Positions 1-11,909 of a stretch of DNA of 64,000 nt are shown here, one piece after another. The first letter of the stretch is position 1; every line of letters starts with the position of its first letter. The notes below the pieces were generated by a model. The model was not told the DNA's origin, did not search any database, and worked only from the letters and a program-made list of their open reading frames with translations. The DNA comes from an uncultured Solirubrobacterales bacterium (lineage in GTDB: Bacteria > Actinomycetota > Thermoleophilia > Solirubrobacterales > Solirubrobacteraceae). The position numbers were made by a program, and so were the translations under genes. The stretch covers positions 1,437,640-1,501,639 of the forward strand of contig CAVRUG010000004.1 of assembly GCA_963724305.1 (NCBI GenBank), in the 5' to 3' direction.

Positions 1-1874
<1,874 letters not shown>

Positions 1875-1996
1875 CTCCGCCCTTCTTTCTTCAGTCGCGT
1901 TTGCTCATAGGCACAATCGCCTCATAGGCGCCATCGCCCCCCAAGGTGGGGCAGTCCCTTGCCCCTAAGGCACCAGCCCTACCAGGGTAGGCTTCT

Positions 1997-2656
1997 TCAC
2001 TCGCGTTTGCCCAACGGCACCACCGGCAACATCGTGCGTCCGAACGTCGAGTTGACAACAGCCGCAAACGATGCGTACCAGGCGGCCGCCGCAGTCGCCA
2101 GGCCGAGGTAGCCACCCCAGTGGGTGACAGTCGCATGCGGGCCCACCGCGCCGATCGCCAGCAGGATGAAGGTGACCGTCAGCAACACGAACACCGTCAG
2201 CACCGCCACGTTGACGCGCAGCGCCGCCACCGTCATGTAGGCGGTGAAGATCGCCCAAGCCCACAGGTACACGCCGATCGCATGCCCTGCGTTGCCGCCG
2301 ATGGACTTGGCGTAGAAAACGTTCAGCGCCCAGAACGAGATCCAGAAGGCGCCGAACGAGCAGAAGGCCACGGCGCCAAAGGTGTTGCCGGTGCGGAACT
2401 CCCACATGCCGGCGAGCAACTGCACGATCCCGCCATAGGCGAGCGCCAGGCCAAGCACGACCGGGAACCCCTTTTCGTTGACGAGGTTCGAGTTGAACAT
2501 CGAGAGCACGAACGTCGTCATCGCGAATCCTGCCAGCCCGAGCGGCCCCGGGTCGGCCGGTTTCCACAGGCTCGCCTGTGCGGCCTCTCCAGGTGGTGGC
2601 TCACGACGCGGGATCGACTGAATCGAATCCGGACGATGAATGGATGCTGCCTCCAT
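1997..2656 (-). CDS. satP: Acetate uptake transporter, GPR1/FUN34/YaaH (SatP) family
   Basis: ADPGPLGLAGFAMTT signature, GGIVQLLAG, six TM segments; directly upstream of acs. Confidence 0.9.
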   Translation of the reverse strand: MEAASIHRPDSIQSIPRREPPPGEAAQASLWKPADPGPLGLAGFAMTTFVLSMFNSNLVNEKGFPVVLGLALAYGGIVQLLAGMWEFRTGNTFGAVAFCSFGAFWISFWALNVFYAKSIGGNAGHAIGVYLWAWAIFTAYMTVAALRVNVAVLTVFVLLTVTFILLAIGAVGPHATVTHWGGYLGLATAAAAWYASFAAVVNSTFGRTMLPVVPLGKRE

Positions 2657-2797
2657 GGGATCCTCCCTCCAGGGCCCAACGCCCCTCCCAGGGGCTTTCT
2701 GGGCTTCTAGGACGCTTTGTGGATCATTTGGCGAACGGGGAAGGGGGAATGTGACGATTCCCACGTTCTCAGGTCAATTGTTCCCGCTCGCGGGGAA

Positions 2798-2905
2798 ACC
2801 CAAACCCTTCACAAAATGAAGTGGTTGGGGCTGGAAATGAAGTGGTGGGGCTGGAAGATGCATTCGATCAGCACCCAAACCCTTTACAAAATGAAGTGGT
2901 TGGGG
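2798..2905. repeat. Cluster of dispersed palindromic (REP-like) repeats, copy set 1
   Basis: acccaaacccttYacaaaatgaagtggttgggg at 2798 and 2873, plus a partial unit at ~2835; same family (reverse complement) at 38457-38597 and 45285-45377. Confidence 0.85.
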
Positions 2906-2921
2906 TCTGAAATGAATACAA

Positions 2922-3971
2922 CTATCCGCGCGCGCCCCGCTTGCGACGCCGTTTCGAGGAGCTCCCGCCGCGAGCGGGCTGCATGGGGTCGGGCGCCACA
3001 TCGCCAGCCGCTCCGTTGGCGCCCCCTTCGAGGCTCGGCTGCGTGCTGGGCCGCCCGCTCGGCTGCGCCCGCCCACGGCGGCCGCCCGCTCCACCCGCCT
3101 CGCGCTGGGCGCGGGCTTCGGCCGACGAGGGCCACGGGCGCGCTTCGCCGGCGGCCCACGCGGCGGGATCTCCACCCGGCCAGCGTCCCATCAGCAGGAT
3201 GCCCGTGGCCACCATCCAGAAGGCCGGGATCAGCTGCTGCACCTCCCCCAGCGCCAGCCCGAAGGGGGTGAAGGCGAGCAGCGCAGCGAAGATCCCCAGG
3301 TACATCGCCCAGCGGGCCATCAACCCAGTACGCGTGGCGCCCAGCGTCACCACGACCATGCCCGCCGCTAGCGCCAGCCCCGCCAGCAGACCCAAGTACT
3401 CGCTGGCTTCCAGCACCGTGCTCTGCGTCAGCGCGTGGTTGACCGCTTCGGCCGTGAAGTCGTGGCCAGTGACGAAGTTGTGCGCGTTCAGCACCTGCGC
3501 AAGCGGGTGGGCGATCGAAACGAGCACCATCCCTATCCCCCCATAAAGAACCAGTGGCTGCGCAACCCTGCTCGTCTCCGGACGACGGAAGCGAACGGCA
3601 CCCAGCAGGAAGAGCAGCACCAAGATGAGGAAGAAGATCGCCACCGCCTGCAGCAGGTTGCCGGCGATCAACCCGAAGGCGTGATGGTCGATGAACCGCA
3701 CCTCGGCCGCGCCCGGGCTCACCGCGGGATTGGCTTCGCCGCGCAGCGCCGGCGCCAGGCCCTGGATCGTGCCGACCGTCGGCAGCGAGTGCAGCGTCGT
3801 CGTGACGATCACCCCGCCCAGTAGGAACAGCACGCCCCCGGCAATCGAGGGCACCCCGAGGCGCCCGCGGCGATAGGTCTCGTACTCGACCCGCGCGCGG
3901 ATCTGCTTCTTGTCCGGCTTGGCAGGCTGCTGCCCGACTGGTTCCTCGTCGTTTTCGCGGTTGCGGGGCAT
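2922..3971 (-). CDS. Multi-pass membrane protein, unknown function
   Basis: 349-aa ORF with several hydrophobic segments and a basic C-terminal tail (SSSKRRRKRGARG); host-like codon usage. Confidence 0.7.
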   Translation of the reverse strand: MPRNRENDEEPVGQQPAKPDKKQIRARVEYETYRRGRLGVPSIAGGVLFLLGGVIVTTTLHSLPTVGTIQGLAPALRGEANPAVSPGAAEVRFIDHHAFGLIAGNLLQAVAIFFLILVLLFLLGAVRFRRPETSRVAQPLVLYGGIGMVLVSIAHPLAQVLNAHNFVTGHDFTAEAVNHALTQSTVLEASEYLGLLAGLALAAGMVVVTLGATRTGLMARWAMYLGIFAALLAFTPFGLALGEVQQLIPAFWMVATGILLMGRWPGGDPAAWAAGEARPWPSSAEARAQREAGGAGGRRGRAQPSGRPSTQPSLEGGANGAAGDVAPDPMQPARGGSSSKRRRKRGARG

Positions 3972-4070
3972 CGGGCAGGCCAGTCTACGGAGAATCAAAA
4001 AGCGAGGGGCCCGGCTCACCGGCCTGCGGCCGCCTGCGCCACCCTCTTGGGCCGCTAGGATGGGATCACA

Positions 4071-4343
4071 ATGGAGAGCGGCGGTCTTGGAGACCTGTTC
4101 GGAGACCCTGAGGAGCTGCAACGGCGTCTGGCGGACTTCGCGATGCAGATGCAGGGCCAGCAGCGCCTAGCCTGGGCCGACAACGCGATCAAGCTCGCGG
4201 TCAACATGACGGTGGCCGCCGTCAACCGCATCAACGTGCAGGGCAGTGCCGAGGCACAGGCCGAGCAGATCCGCGCGGTGATGGCAACCGTCTTCCCCGA
4301 GGCGGTCACGCTCGTGCGCGAGGCGCGCGAGGGACTTCAGTAG
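4071..4343 (+). CDS. Small hypothetical protein (90 aa)
   Basis: ATG start, GC3-rich codons, helical amphipathic sequence. Confidence 0.7.
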   Translation: MESGGLGDLFGDPEELQRRLADFAMQMQGQQRLAWADNAIKLAVNMTVAAVNRINVQGSAEAQAEQIRAVMATVFPEAVTLVREAREGLQ

Positions 4344-4367
4344 CGAGGCGGTTCACGCTCGCGCCCG

Positions 4368-4510
4368 TGTGGCGCAGGGGACTTTGACTGTGGCGCAGGG
4401 GACTTTGACTGTGGCGCAGGGGACTTTGACTGTGGCGCAGGGGACTTTGACTGTGGCGCAGGGGACTTTGACTGTGGCGCAGGGGACTTTGACTGTGGCG
4501 CAGGGGACTT
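4368..4510. repeat. 21-bp tandem repeat x7, flanked by a 34-bp duplication of the upstream gene's 3' end
   Basis: Unit tgtggcgcaggggactttgac starts at 4368, 4389 ... 4494; gctcgtgcgcgaggcgcgcgagggacttcagtag occurs at 4310-4343 and 4521-4554. Confidence 0.95.
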
Positions 4511-4516
4511 CACGGT

Positions 4517-5590
4517 TCAGGCTCGTGCGCGAGGCGCGCGAGGGACTTCAGTAGGCGGCTCGTCGGGACGGGCGGGATCGAATAAAACCCCGGCCCGCTC
4601 GGCGCGGCGCTCGGCCTCGCGGGAGGCATGCCCGGCGGCGATCACCTCGCGGAAGGAGCGGAAGCGGAAGATGAACACCACCGCACCTAGACCCACCAGC
4701 GCGGTGAGCGTGGCGATCGCGATCTGCTGGCCCACCGAGTACGCGGCCACCGCCGCCGTGCCGGCGGCGCTCGAGGCGAACACCTTCACCAGCAGCGCCT
4801 GCTGAACCCCAGCGCCGCCGGGGGTGAACGGCACCGCACCCGCCACCTGGTTGACGCCGAACACCAACAGCACGTTCTCCACCGAGCCGCCGACGCGGAA
4901 GGCGTCGAGCAGAAACCAGAAGGCCGCGAAGCGGCAGATCCACCCGAGGGCCTGCAAAGCGGCCACTTCGCGCAGGTAGCGAGGACGGTCGGAGAGGATC
5001 GTCAGGCCCTGGCGGACACGCTCCCAAAACGCCTGCATGCGCACTGACAGCACCGCGAACGCCACCAGTCCGAGGATCGCGAGGGCGGTGATCAAGAAGA
5101 GCGTGAAGCGGAAGTGCCCCGCCAGGTAGGAGATATCGAAGGAGCCCAGCTGCGAGAAGTCCGGCGGTTTCGGGAAGACGCCCTGTGAGAAGGCGAAGAT
5201 CAGCACCAGCACCCCGACGGTCGCGTCAAACACCGACTCCACGAAGAACGCCGAGGCCACCGTGGGGTAGGTCGAGCCAGGGATCGAGCTGCGCGTGAGG
5301 AACAGCTTGATGATGTCCCCCCCCCGCGCCGGCACCACGTTGTTGAAGCCCACCGCCGCCCAGTAGGCGCCCCAGATGCGCCGCCACTGGAAACTCACTG
5401 CCGGGTAGGCCGCGCGCAGGCTGTGGAAGAACGCCCGCGAGCGCAGCGTCAGGTTGAGGCTGAAGAACGCCAGGCCCAACACCAGCGCCCCCCAGTGAAC
5501 CGCTGCCAGGTCCGAGAAGAACTGGCCGGCCGCTTCCAGGAAGGTGCTGACGCTGTGGCCGATCGAGGTCGAGGCAGGAGACAGGGGCAC
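4517..5590 (-). CDS. Lysylphosphatidylglycerol synthase TM-domain (flippase-like) membrane protein
   Basis: NNVVPARGGD and PFTPGGAGV motifs typical of the family; many TM segments. Confidence 0.8.
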   Translation of the reverse strand: MPLSPASTSIGHSVSTFLEAAGQFFSDLAAVHWGALVLGLAFFSLNLTLRSRAFFHSLRAAYPAVSFQWRRIWGAYWAAVGFNNVVPARGGDIIKLFLTRSSIPGSTYPTVASAFFVESVFDATVGVLVLIFAFSQGVFPKPPDFSQLGSFDISYLAGHFRFTLFLITALAILGLVAFAVLSVRMQAFWERVRQGLTILSDRPRYLREVAALQALGWICRFAAFWFLLDAFRVGGSVENVLLVFGVNQVAGAVPFTPGGAGVQQALLVKVFASSAAGTAAVAAYSVGQQIAIATLTALVGLGAVVFIFRFRSFREVIAAGHASREAERRAERAGVLFDPARPDEPPTEVPRAPRARA

Positions 5591-5782
5591 GCCTCAAGCG
5601 TACGGCCAGCAGGCACCGTCGGGGCCGCCGGCACCCATCTACCTAGCCGGCCACCTACCACCGTAGCCGGCCACCTACCGCCCGGCGACCGCCTCCGGGA
5701 GGCAGGCACCGTTCCGGGCGAATCCCGTCTCGACGGACGGGCAGCTCCTCGGCGCGCCCCACCTCAATCTCGTCCTCCCACC

Positions 5783-5935
5783 TCAAATCTCGTCCTCGTC
5801 TCCGTCCTCCTCGATCGGGTCGTCGTACTCGTCGAGGTCCAACTCCTCCTCGTCGGTGCCAAACTCCTCGTCGTCCTCCCACTCCTCGTCGTCGAACTCA
5901 TGCTCGGGGGCCTCGAGAATGGTGCCCAGCGACAT
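5783..5935 (-). CDS. 50-aa hyper-acidic protein (not in ORF track)
   Basis: MSLGTILEAPEHEFDDEEWEDDEEFGTDEEELDLDEYDDPIEEDGDEDEI*; AAGGAG Shine-Dalgarno just upstream of ATG. Confidence 0.65.
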   Translation of the reverse strand: MSLGTILEAPEHEFDDEEWEDDEEFGTDEEELDLDEYDDPIEEDGDEDEI

Positions 5936-6740
5936 GCCGCTCTCCTTTCAGGCTCGCTCGTGGTTGCTTGTCTGGTGCGTATACCCGGTCTCCGGGGAAA
6001 CGGGCCGCATCATAGTTCTACAGCAGCCACAGCTTGTGAACGATCGCCTTCCGGATCGCGCATTCCCCTGTCCTCAGCGACGCCCGATCACGCAGAAGCT
6101 CTGGGACCGCAGGTTCTCCCAGGCGGCATGGGGGTTCAGACGGTGTTCCTCCTGTTCGCGATCCGCTTCGCGCTGCCGCAGCCACACCGTGTATGGGTCG
6201 GCGGGCACGATGCGCCCCGGCCTGAGCACTTGCGCGTCATGACGGCTGGCCGTCCGGCTCGGGCCGTCTTGTGCGGATAGCGCGACGCCCCGCGGACTTG
6301 CGATGTGGTCGGTCGATGAGGCGTGTTGCAGTGTCTGTTTGAGAGCTTGAAGCGGTCGCATTTCAACAGTCTCCTGACTCAGTCATCGCTTATTTTGGTG
6401 AGTGTGGGTGGCGATTCACATTTCGCGAAGACACACTTTTGAAGCGCTGCCCGTGTTTCGGGCGAGATGGCAAGAATGCACCCGCTACCGACAATTCTCA
6501 CGTGGGTTGGACAAACGAATTAGCGACCTCCCCGTGGGGCCTACAAACACGTTGGCCAGGGTGTCGAAAGGGCTGCCCGAATCGGGCAGTTCGTGTGGTA
6601 CCTAAAGGACTTCGACAGACACCAACCCGTGCTCATCGCGCTCTTGCGACCCGTACTGGCCGCGCTATCGCAACCCGCACTCATCGCGCTATTGGCCGAG
6701 GAAGTCTCGATGTGTCAGTGAGCCGTGATGCTGCCGGAGC

Positions 6741-8010
6741 TCAGAAGCTCCGCTCGGCCCAGAGACCGCTGATTGGCACTGCCCACAGGCGGTCGCCGAG
6801 AGGGATCGTCTGTGTGCCCGTACATACGAGGACTCCGGCCCTGAAGCGCCCGCCGATCGAATCGCGCAGCCGCTCCATCGGTCTGATGTCACGGCGGGCG
6901 ACCGAGGTCGCAGCCTTCACCTCGATCGCGACCAGCTCGCCCGCGCGACTCTCGAGCACGAGGTCGATCTCCTCCTCGCGCTGACGGTAATGATGGGCAG
7001 TGGTGTCGATCTGCGACCAGTCCGCGTGCTTGAGCACCTCGGTGACGACGAAGTTCTCGAGTGCCTTGCCGGTCACCTGATCGTCCGCCGCGATCCTGCG
7101 TTCGTCGGCGCCGAGCAGATGCGCCAGCAGACCGGCATCGACGATGTACGCCTTGGGCGCTCGCGCCTCTCGGGCTCCAATTCCCGGGCGCCAGGCAGGC
7201 AACAGGCGGACGAGGAAGATCGTCTGCAGCAGCCCGACATACTCGCCGACGGTGTCGTGGCTCAGGTCGAGCTTGGCAGCGATGCTGCGATAGGAGAGGA
7301 TATTCGCGGCCTGTGCGGCGAGCAAGCGCAGGAGCCGCGGCATCTCTTGAAGCTTGCGCGCGTCGGTGATCTCTCGCAGATCCCTGTCGAGCGTGGTGTC
7401 GATGTAGTTGGCCAACCAGCGGCTGCGCCGGCGGCCGGTGCGCTGCAGTGCCTCGGGGTATCCGCCGGCCGCCACGATCTCCACGAACGCATCGCGCCCG
7501 GCGGTGGCACCGGTGATGTGGGGCGGCGAGGATGCAAACAGCGCGTCGAACGAAGTTCGCGCCGCTCCCGTGGATCTCGCTCTGCGACAGCGGCCACAGC
7601 GGGATCGTCTCCATGCGCCCGGTGAGTGCGTCCTTCACCTTGCGGGCGGTGAGGATGTTCGCCGAGCCGGTGAGCAGAAATCGCCCCGGAGTGGTGTCTC
7701 GGTCAACGGCGGCCTTGATCGCGAGTAACAACTCAGGCGCGCGCTGCACCTCATCGATGAACACGGGGCCATGCAGACCCGCGATCAGCCCCTCAGGATC
7801 GGCGAGCGCTGCCTCGCGCGTGGGGCGGTTGTCGAGGCTCAACTCCACCGCCGGACGGCCCGCGAGCCCCAAGCCGGCGATTTCGTGCGCGAGTGTGCTC
7901 TTGCCGACCTGCCGTGCACCGGCGATGAACACGACCCTTGTGTCTGCAAGCGCATCCAGCACCAGCGATCGGGCGTGGCGAGGAAGCATATGGGCGGCAG
8001 CAGCGGGCAT
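6741..8010 (-). CDS. AAA_14 ATPase + DUF4143 (C-terminal PD-(D/E)XK-like) protein; one frameshift near 7545
   Basis: GARQVGKST Walker A, FIDEVQR Walker B and LLTGSA in frame 6889-8010; EIDLVLE...AIEVKA in frame 6741-7484. Confidence 0.85.
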
Positions 8011-8021
8011 CAGCAGCTCCG

Positions 8022-8160
8022 GCAGATGGCGATTAGTTTAGCGGCAAATGGCGATTTCAGGCGTGGCAGATGGCGATTAGTTTAGCGGCAAATGGCGATT
8101 TCAGGCGTGGCAGACGGCGACTTAAAGCCTGGCAAATGGCGACTTCGACTCCCGCAGATG
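8022..8160. repeat. Iteron-like array: 11-mer gcaRaYggcga x7 at exact 22-bp period
   Basis: Copies start at 8022, 8044 ... 8154 (last one partial), immediately upstream of the AAA-DUF4143 gene. Confidence 0.85.
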
Positions 8161-8181
8161 GAGGACAGTGACCTCCTATAC

Positions 8182-8337
8182 CTACCTCGCCGCCAATGCC
8201 CCCAGCGCCGCCAGCACCAGTGCGTCGTGCTCGGCCGGCTTCACCTTGCGCAGGACCTCGGCCACCTTGCCGTCGGGCCCGATGATGAACGTCGTGCGCT
8301 CGTTGCCCCAGTAGGTCCGCCCGTACATCGACTTCTC
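8182..8337 (-). pseudogene. bcp: Displaced 3' end of bcp (att scar)
   Basis: Encodes EKSMYGRTYWGNERTTFIIGPDGKVAEVLRKVKPAEHDALVLAAL..., a paralogue of the C-terminus of bcp at 16079-16555; no 5' part present. Confidence 0.9.
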
Positions 8338-8405
8338 GCAAGGGGTAGTAACCCGAGGGGGCCGTGTCGGCTAATCAACGATCGCTACCCCCGTGGACAC
8401 TAAGC

Positions 8406-8427
8406 AAACGATATGCCATTATCGTTT
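8406..8427. promoter_or_regulatory. Palindromic operator-like site upstream of Fic
   Basis: AAACGATA-N6-TATCGTTT perfect inverted repeat in an AT-rich patch just before the start codon. Confidence 0.5.
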
Positions 8428-8435
8428 AGTAAGCT

Positions 8436-9644
8436 TTGGTCGTGGTAAGCGAACGAAAAGATCCCCCGCGCCCAGCATCGAGCCCCCGTACAGGCGCGTA
8501 TCGGCTCGCCGACAGTGGCCCCGACGGGTACTGGGCCTTCCATCCCAACTCGCTCCCACCCAAACCGCCCCTACGTATCGACGCAGCGATGCAATCCCTC
8601 CTGGACCGCACCAACCAGGCTCTCGGCCGCCTCGACGGGATCACGCTACTACTACCCGACCCCGACCAGTTCATCTACACGTTCGTCCGCAAGGAGGCCG
8701 TCCTCTCCTCCCAGATCGAGGGCACCCAGTCCTCCCTCTCAGACCTGCTGCTGTTCGAGCACGACGCCGCACCCGGCGCACTACGCGAAGACGCCCAAGA
8801 AACCGCCAACTACATCGCCGCCCTCGACTACGGCCTCGACCAGATCGCCAAACCAGGAGCGCCGCCGCTCTCCGCGCGGCTACTACGCGAAGTCCACCGA
8901 CGACTACTACAGACCGGACGGGGAGCGGACAAGAACCCCGGGGAGTTCCGCCGCGACCAGAACTGGCTCGGCGGGCCCCGCCCCTCAGCCGCACGATTCG
9001 TACCGCCACCATGGCAGGAGGTCACCGCGGCGATGGGCGCCCTCGAGAAGTTCATCCACGACGACCCAAACCCAACCCCCGTGCTCGTGAAGGCCGCGCT
9101 CGCGCACGCCCAGTTCGAGACGATCCACCCGTTCCTCGATGGCAACGGAAGAGTCGGACGGCTCCTCATCACTCTGCTGCTGTGCTCCGAGGGCGTACTC
9201 AGCCGGCCGCTCCTCTATTTGAGTCTGCACTTCAAGCGCAACCGCGACAGCTACTACGAGCACCTGCAGCGCGTCCGCACTGACGGGGCCTGGGAGGACT
9301 GGCTGCGGTTCTTCCTCGAAGGAGTCATCGAGGTCGCCGAGTCCACGACACTCACCACCCAGCGGGTTGTCGCAATGGTCGAGAACGATCGCCAGCAAAT
9401 CCACAGCTTCGGACGTGGCGCAGCCACCGCGCACCGCGTCCACGACCTCGCGACCCGCTCCGTCGTCATCGGAGCCAGCAGCTCTGCCGAACGCCTCGGC
9501 CTGACCGGCCCCCCCGTGTACGCCGCCATCCAACGACTCGAGAAAGCCGGGATTCTGCGTGAGGCAACCGGCCGGCAGAGAGGGAAGCTCTACGTATACG
9601 ACGAGTACTTGAAGATCCTGGGCGAGGGCACCGAACCGTTCTAG
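8436..9644 (+). CDS. Fic family protein (N-terminal SSQIEG inhibitory motif, C-terminal HTH)
   Basis: HPFLDGNGRVGR catalytic motif; EAVLSSQIEGT; C-terminal wHTH-like LREATGRQRGKLY. Confidence 0.92.
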   Translation: MVVVSERKDPPRPASSPRTGAYRLADSGPDGYWAFHPNSLPPKPPLRIDAAMQSLLDRTNQALGRLDGITLLLPDPDQFIYTFVRKEAVLSSQIEGTQSSLSDLLLFEHDAAPGALREDAQETANYIAALDYGLDQIAKPGAPPLSARLLREVHRRLLQTGRGADKNPGEFRRDQNWLGGPRPSAARFVPPPWQEVTAAMGALEKFIHDDPNPTPVLVKAALAHAQFETIHPFLDGNGRVGRLLITLLLCSEGVLSRPLLYLSLHFKRNRDSYYEHLQRVRTDGAWEDWLRFFLEGVIEVAESTTLTTQRVVAMVENDRQQIHSFGRGAATAHRVHDLATRSVVIGASSSAERLGLTGPPVYAAIQRLEKAGILREATGRQRGKLYVYDEYLKILGEGTEPF

Positions 9645-10257
9645 AGAACCAAAAAGAGGTATAGGAGTTACGGAGAAAAGCATCGTACTCGCGTTGAATC
9701 GGGTCGGTGTGCGTAGAGGTTCGCAAGCGCCGGAGTAGCGGACTTTGGGCAGGTATTGGCTGGCTGTATCGGAGCTAAACACCATCTTTGAAGAAGCGGA
9801 TGGCGAGGGATTGAACTCTGAGCAACGGCAGCGTACTCGCGCGCCTGGGATAAGGCCCTCTCCGCAGAGAACGCGTATCTCGATGCCACAGCCAAGGCGC
9901 TCGGGCTGGACATGACGCTACCCCGAAGGCGAAAGCTCTTTGCCCAGTCTCACGCGATCTCGGATAGCCAAGAGGTTCCGACGACCGACTCCGCTACTCC
10001 ATGCGCACCAACACAGTCCGCCTCCTCCTCGCAATGGCTGGAGCTGGGTTGCAGATCACAGGCTTTACTTGGGCACTGGTGGATACCTCTCTCGCTCGTG
10101 GTCGCGAGTTTGCTGAGTACGGCGTGCCGAGACGCATCTGGAACTGGTTCGCATCCTGGCTTGGACCTCCACCGCAGCCCAAGCAAATGAGCTCACGCCG
10201 GTGTAGGCCCGCTACGCCGAGCTTCGCCCCGACACGTCGGCGGGCGCTGAGCGACTG

Positions 10258-11124
10258 CTACGCAGGCAGCTTTGTGATGCTCTCCGCGAGGGCAACACCC
10301 GCTTCGGGGTTGCTCGCTTCGGCACTCAGGCGCAGTTCGAGGCTCGCACCACTGCGCCAGACGCTACGCACGCGGCGCCGTGCCCGGCCGCGGTAGCGAT
10401 AGCTGATCTGCTCGCTGCCGCCGGAGGCGGGCGCGATCGACACGCCCATCGGCGCGGGGTCGAGCTTTGGTGCGGGTACGGGCCGGCCGCGCCCGTGGAT
10501 GATCCACACGGTGGCCGTCGTGGTTCCCGTGCAGCTGAGGTTGCAGCTGACGTGGTAGGCGAGGGTTGCCTTGCGGGCGCGAAAGCGCGTCGGCGGGCCG
10601 ACGCTGAGGGTCAGGTGCGGTGGCGGCGTCAGGTCCGGTGTGATGAGCGCCGGAGCGGCGAGCACGGCCAGCGCGCGCGGCGGCGTCGTGAACGTGACCG
10701 GCGGGCCTTCGCAGTCCGTCAGGGTGCGCGTGAACGACGCCGCCCAGTAGATCGTGCGGGGTGTCGCACTCGCCTTCGTCGAGGTGAACGCATAGGTCGA
10801 GCCGGCCTGTGCCATCCCTGGGCCGCTGTCGATGTCGGGCGCCGCCGGCAGCGCTGGCGAGGAGGCGATTTGGAAGGTCAGCGGCACCGACGCCAAGCCG
10901 GATTCGGCGGTGAAGGTCACCGGTTCGCCGGCCGTGACCGTCGCTCCTTCGGCCGGGCTCAAAAGTTGCGTGTCAAGCTCGACGGTCCTATTGAAGCTTG
11001 CTTCGGAGCCACAGATCTCACTCGGGGAGAGCCCGAAGTTGAGCGCCCCGGCGGACGCGCACGCCAGCAGGGCAACGCCACTGAGCGCCGCCACTCCCGC
11101 CGCGATCCTGACGCTCGCTCGCAT
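10258..11124 (-). CDS. Secreted hypothetical protein
   Basis: N-terminal signal peptide (MRASVRIAAGVAALSGVALLACASAGA); beta-rich body with Cys pairs. Confidence 0.6.
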   Translation of the reverse strand: MRASVRIAAGVAALSGVALLACASAGALNFGLSPSEICGSEASFNRTVELDTQLLSPAEGATVTAGEPVTFTAESGLASVPLTFQIASSPALPAAPDIDSGPGMAQAGSTYAFTSTKASATPRTIYWAASFTRTLTDCEGPPVTFTTPPRALAVLAAPALITPDLTPPPHLTLSVGPPTRFRARKATLAYHVSCNLSCTGTTTATVWIIHGRGRPVPAPKLDPAPMGVSIAPASGGSEQISYRYRGRARRRVRSVWRSGASLELRLSAEASNPEAGVALAESITKLPA

Positions 11125-11544
11125 TGAGGCGGGATGGTAGCTCAAAGGTCGGGACACAGTCCATGCATTGATCAAACCTATGGACTATGCTGTCGCTATG
11201 CCGAGGCTCGGAGGTGGAGGACCGCATGTTCCCAAGACCACGGTTCTCCGGGGTTGGGGCGTTCACCGTCGGCTGCTCACCGTCCTTATCGCAATCGTGC
11301 TCGTAGGCAGCATTGAGGATGATCATGGGTGCGACGACTCCCACCCGAAAGGCAGCGACTTCCCGAGCAGCCCCACCACCCCCAGTACATACACATACAC
11401 CTACACACAGACCCAGCTGCGGTAGCGGCGGGCTCTACCCACCCCGTCAGCGGCCGCCACGGCGCGCCGTGCAGCGCCATCACGCATGATCGGATGCGGA
11501 CAGCGAGCGGCCGGAGTATGGGCGATCCGGCGTGCGGTGCTGCG

Positions 11545-11830
11545 ATCTCGAGATCGCTCGGGCCGCCACCAAGGGGATTGGAGTGCCAGTCGCCGAGGTA
11601 GGCGAGCGTCCGCCCGGATGCCTCATAGCGCTCTGCGATCCGCGCGCGCTGCCACGGCACGTCGGGATCGAAGCGGTGGTTCTCGTACTGCGCACCTGCC
11701 GGCGCGTGTCGGCCGCTGCGGGTGTTGTGGAAGTTCGCTGCTCGCGCTCACCGGCAACCCGCACCGTGACGGGACGCTCATCAGACGCCACGTGTGCTCG
11801 AGTCACTACCACGGCCGTTTCACCAGGCGC
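11545..11830 (-). pseudogene. Degenerate Mov34/JAB peptidase remnant
   Basis: HRFDPDVPWQRARIAERYEASGRTLAYLGDWHSNPLGGGPSDLE resembles the prokaryotic JAB motif YLGDWHSHP...S..D; second His lost and 5' part frameshifted. Boundaries approximate. Confidence 0.6.
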
Positions 11831-11909
11831 TGTAGTACCGGGGACGCTCCGAGACCGCGTTCGCGCAAGCGTCGCGTACGCGCGCGCGGAACTGCGCCTC
11901 CGGGCGGCG

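Noticed and set aside
4368-4510. 21-bp array as CRISPR or as a real 61-aa ORF (4369..4554)
   Set aside because: Units are head-to-tail with no spacers; the ORF is just the translated repeat.
5783-5935. Acidic ORF as Pup
   Set aside because: It lacks the C-terminal GG[EQ], and there are no pafA/dop/proteasome neighbours.
6000-6740. Coding or ncRNA content in the lower-GC gap before the AAA gene
   Set aside because: Several short ORFs and a weak 24-bp repeat, but no motif, RBS or structure I can support.
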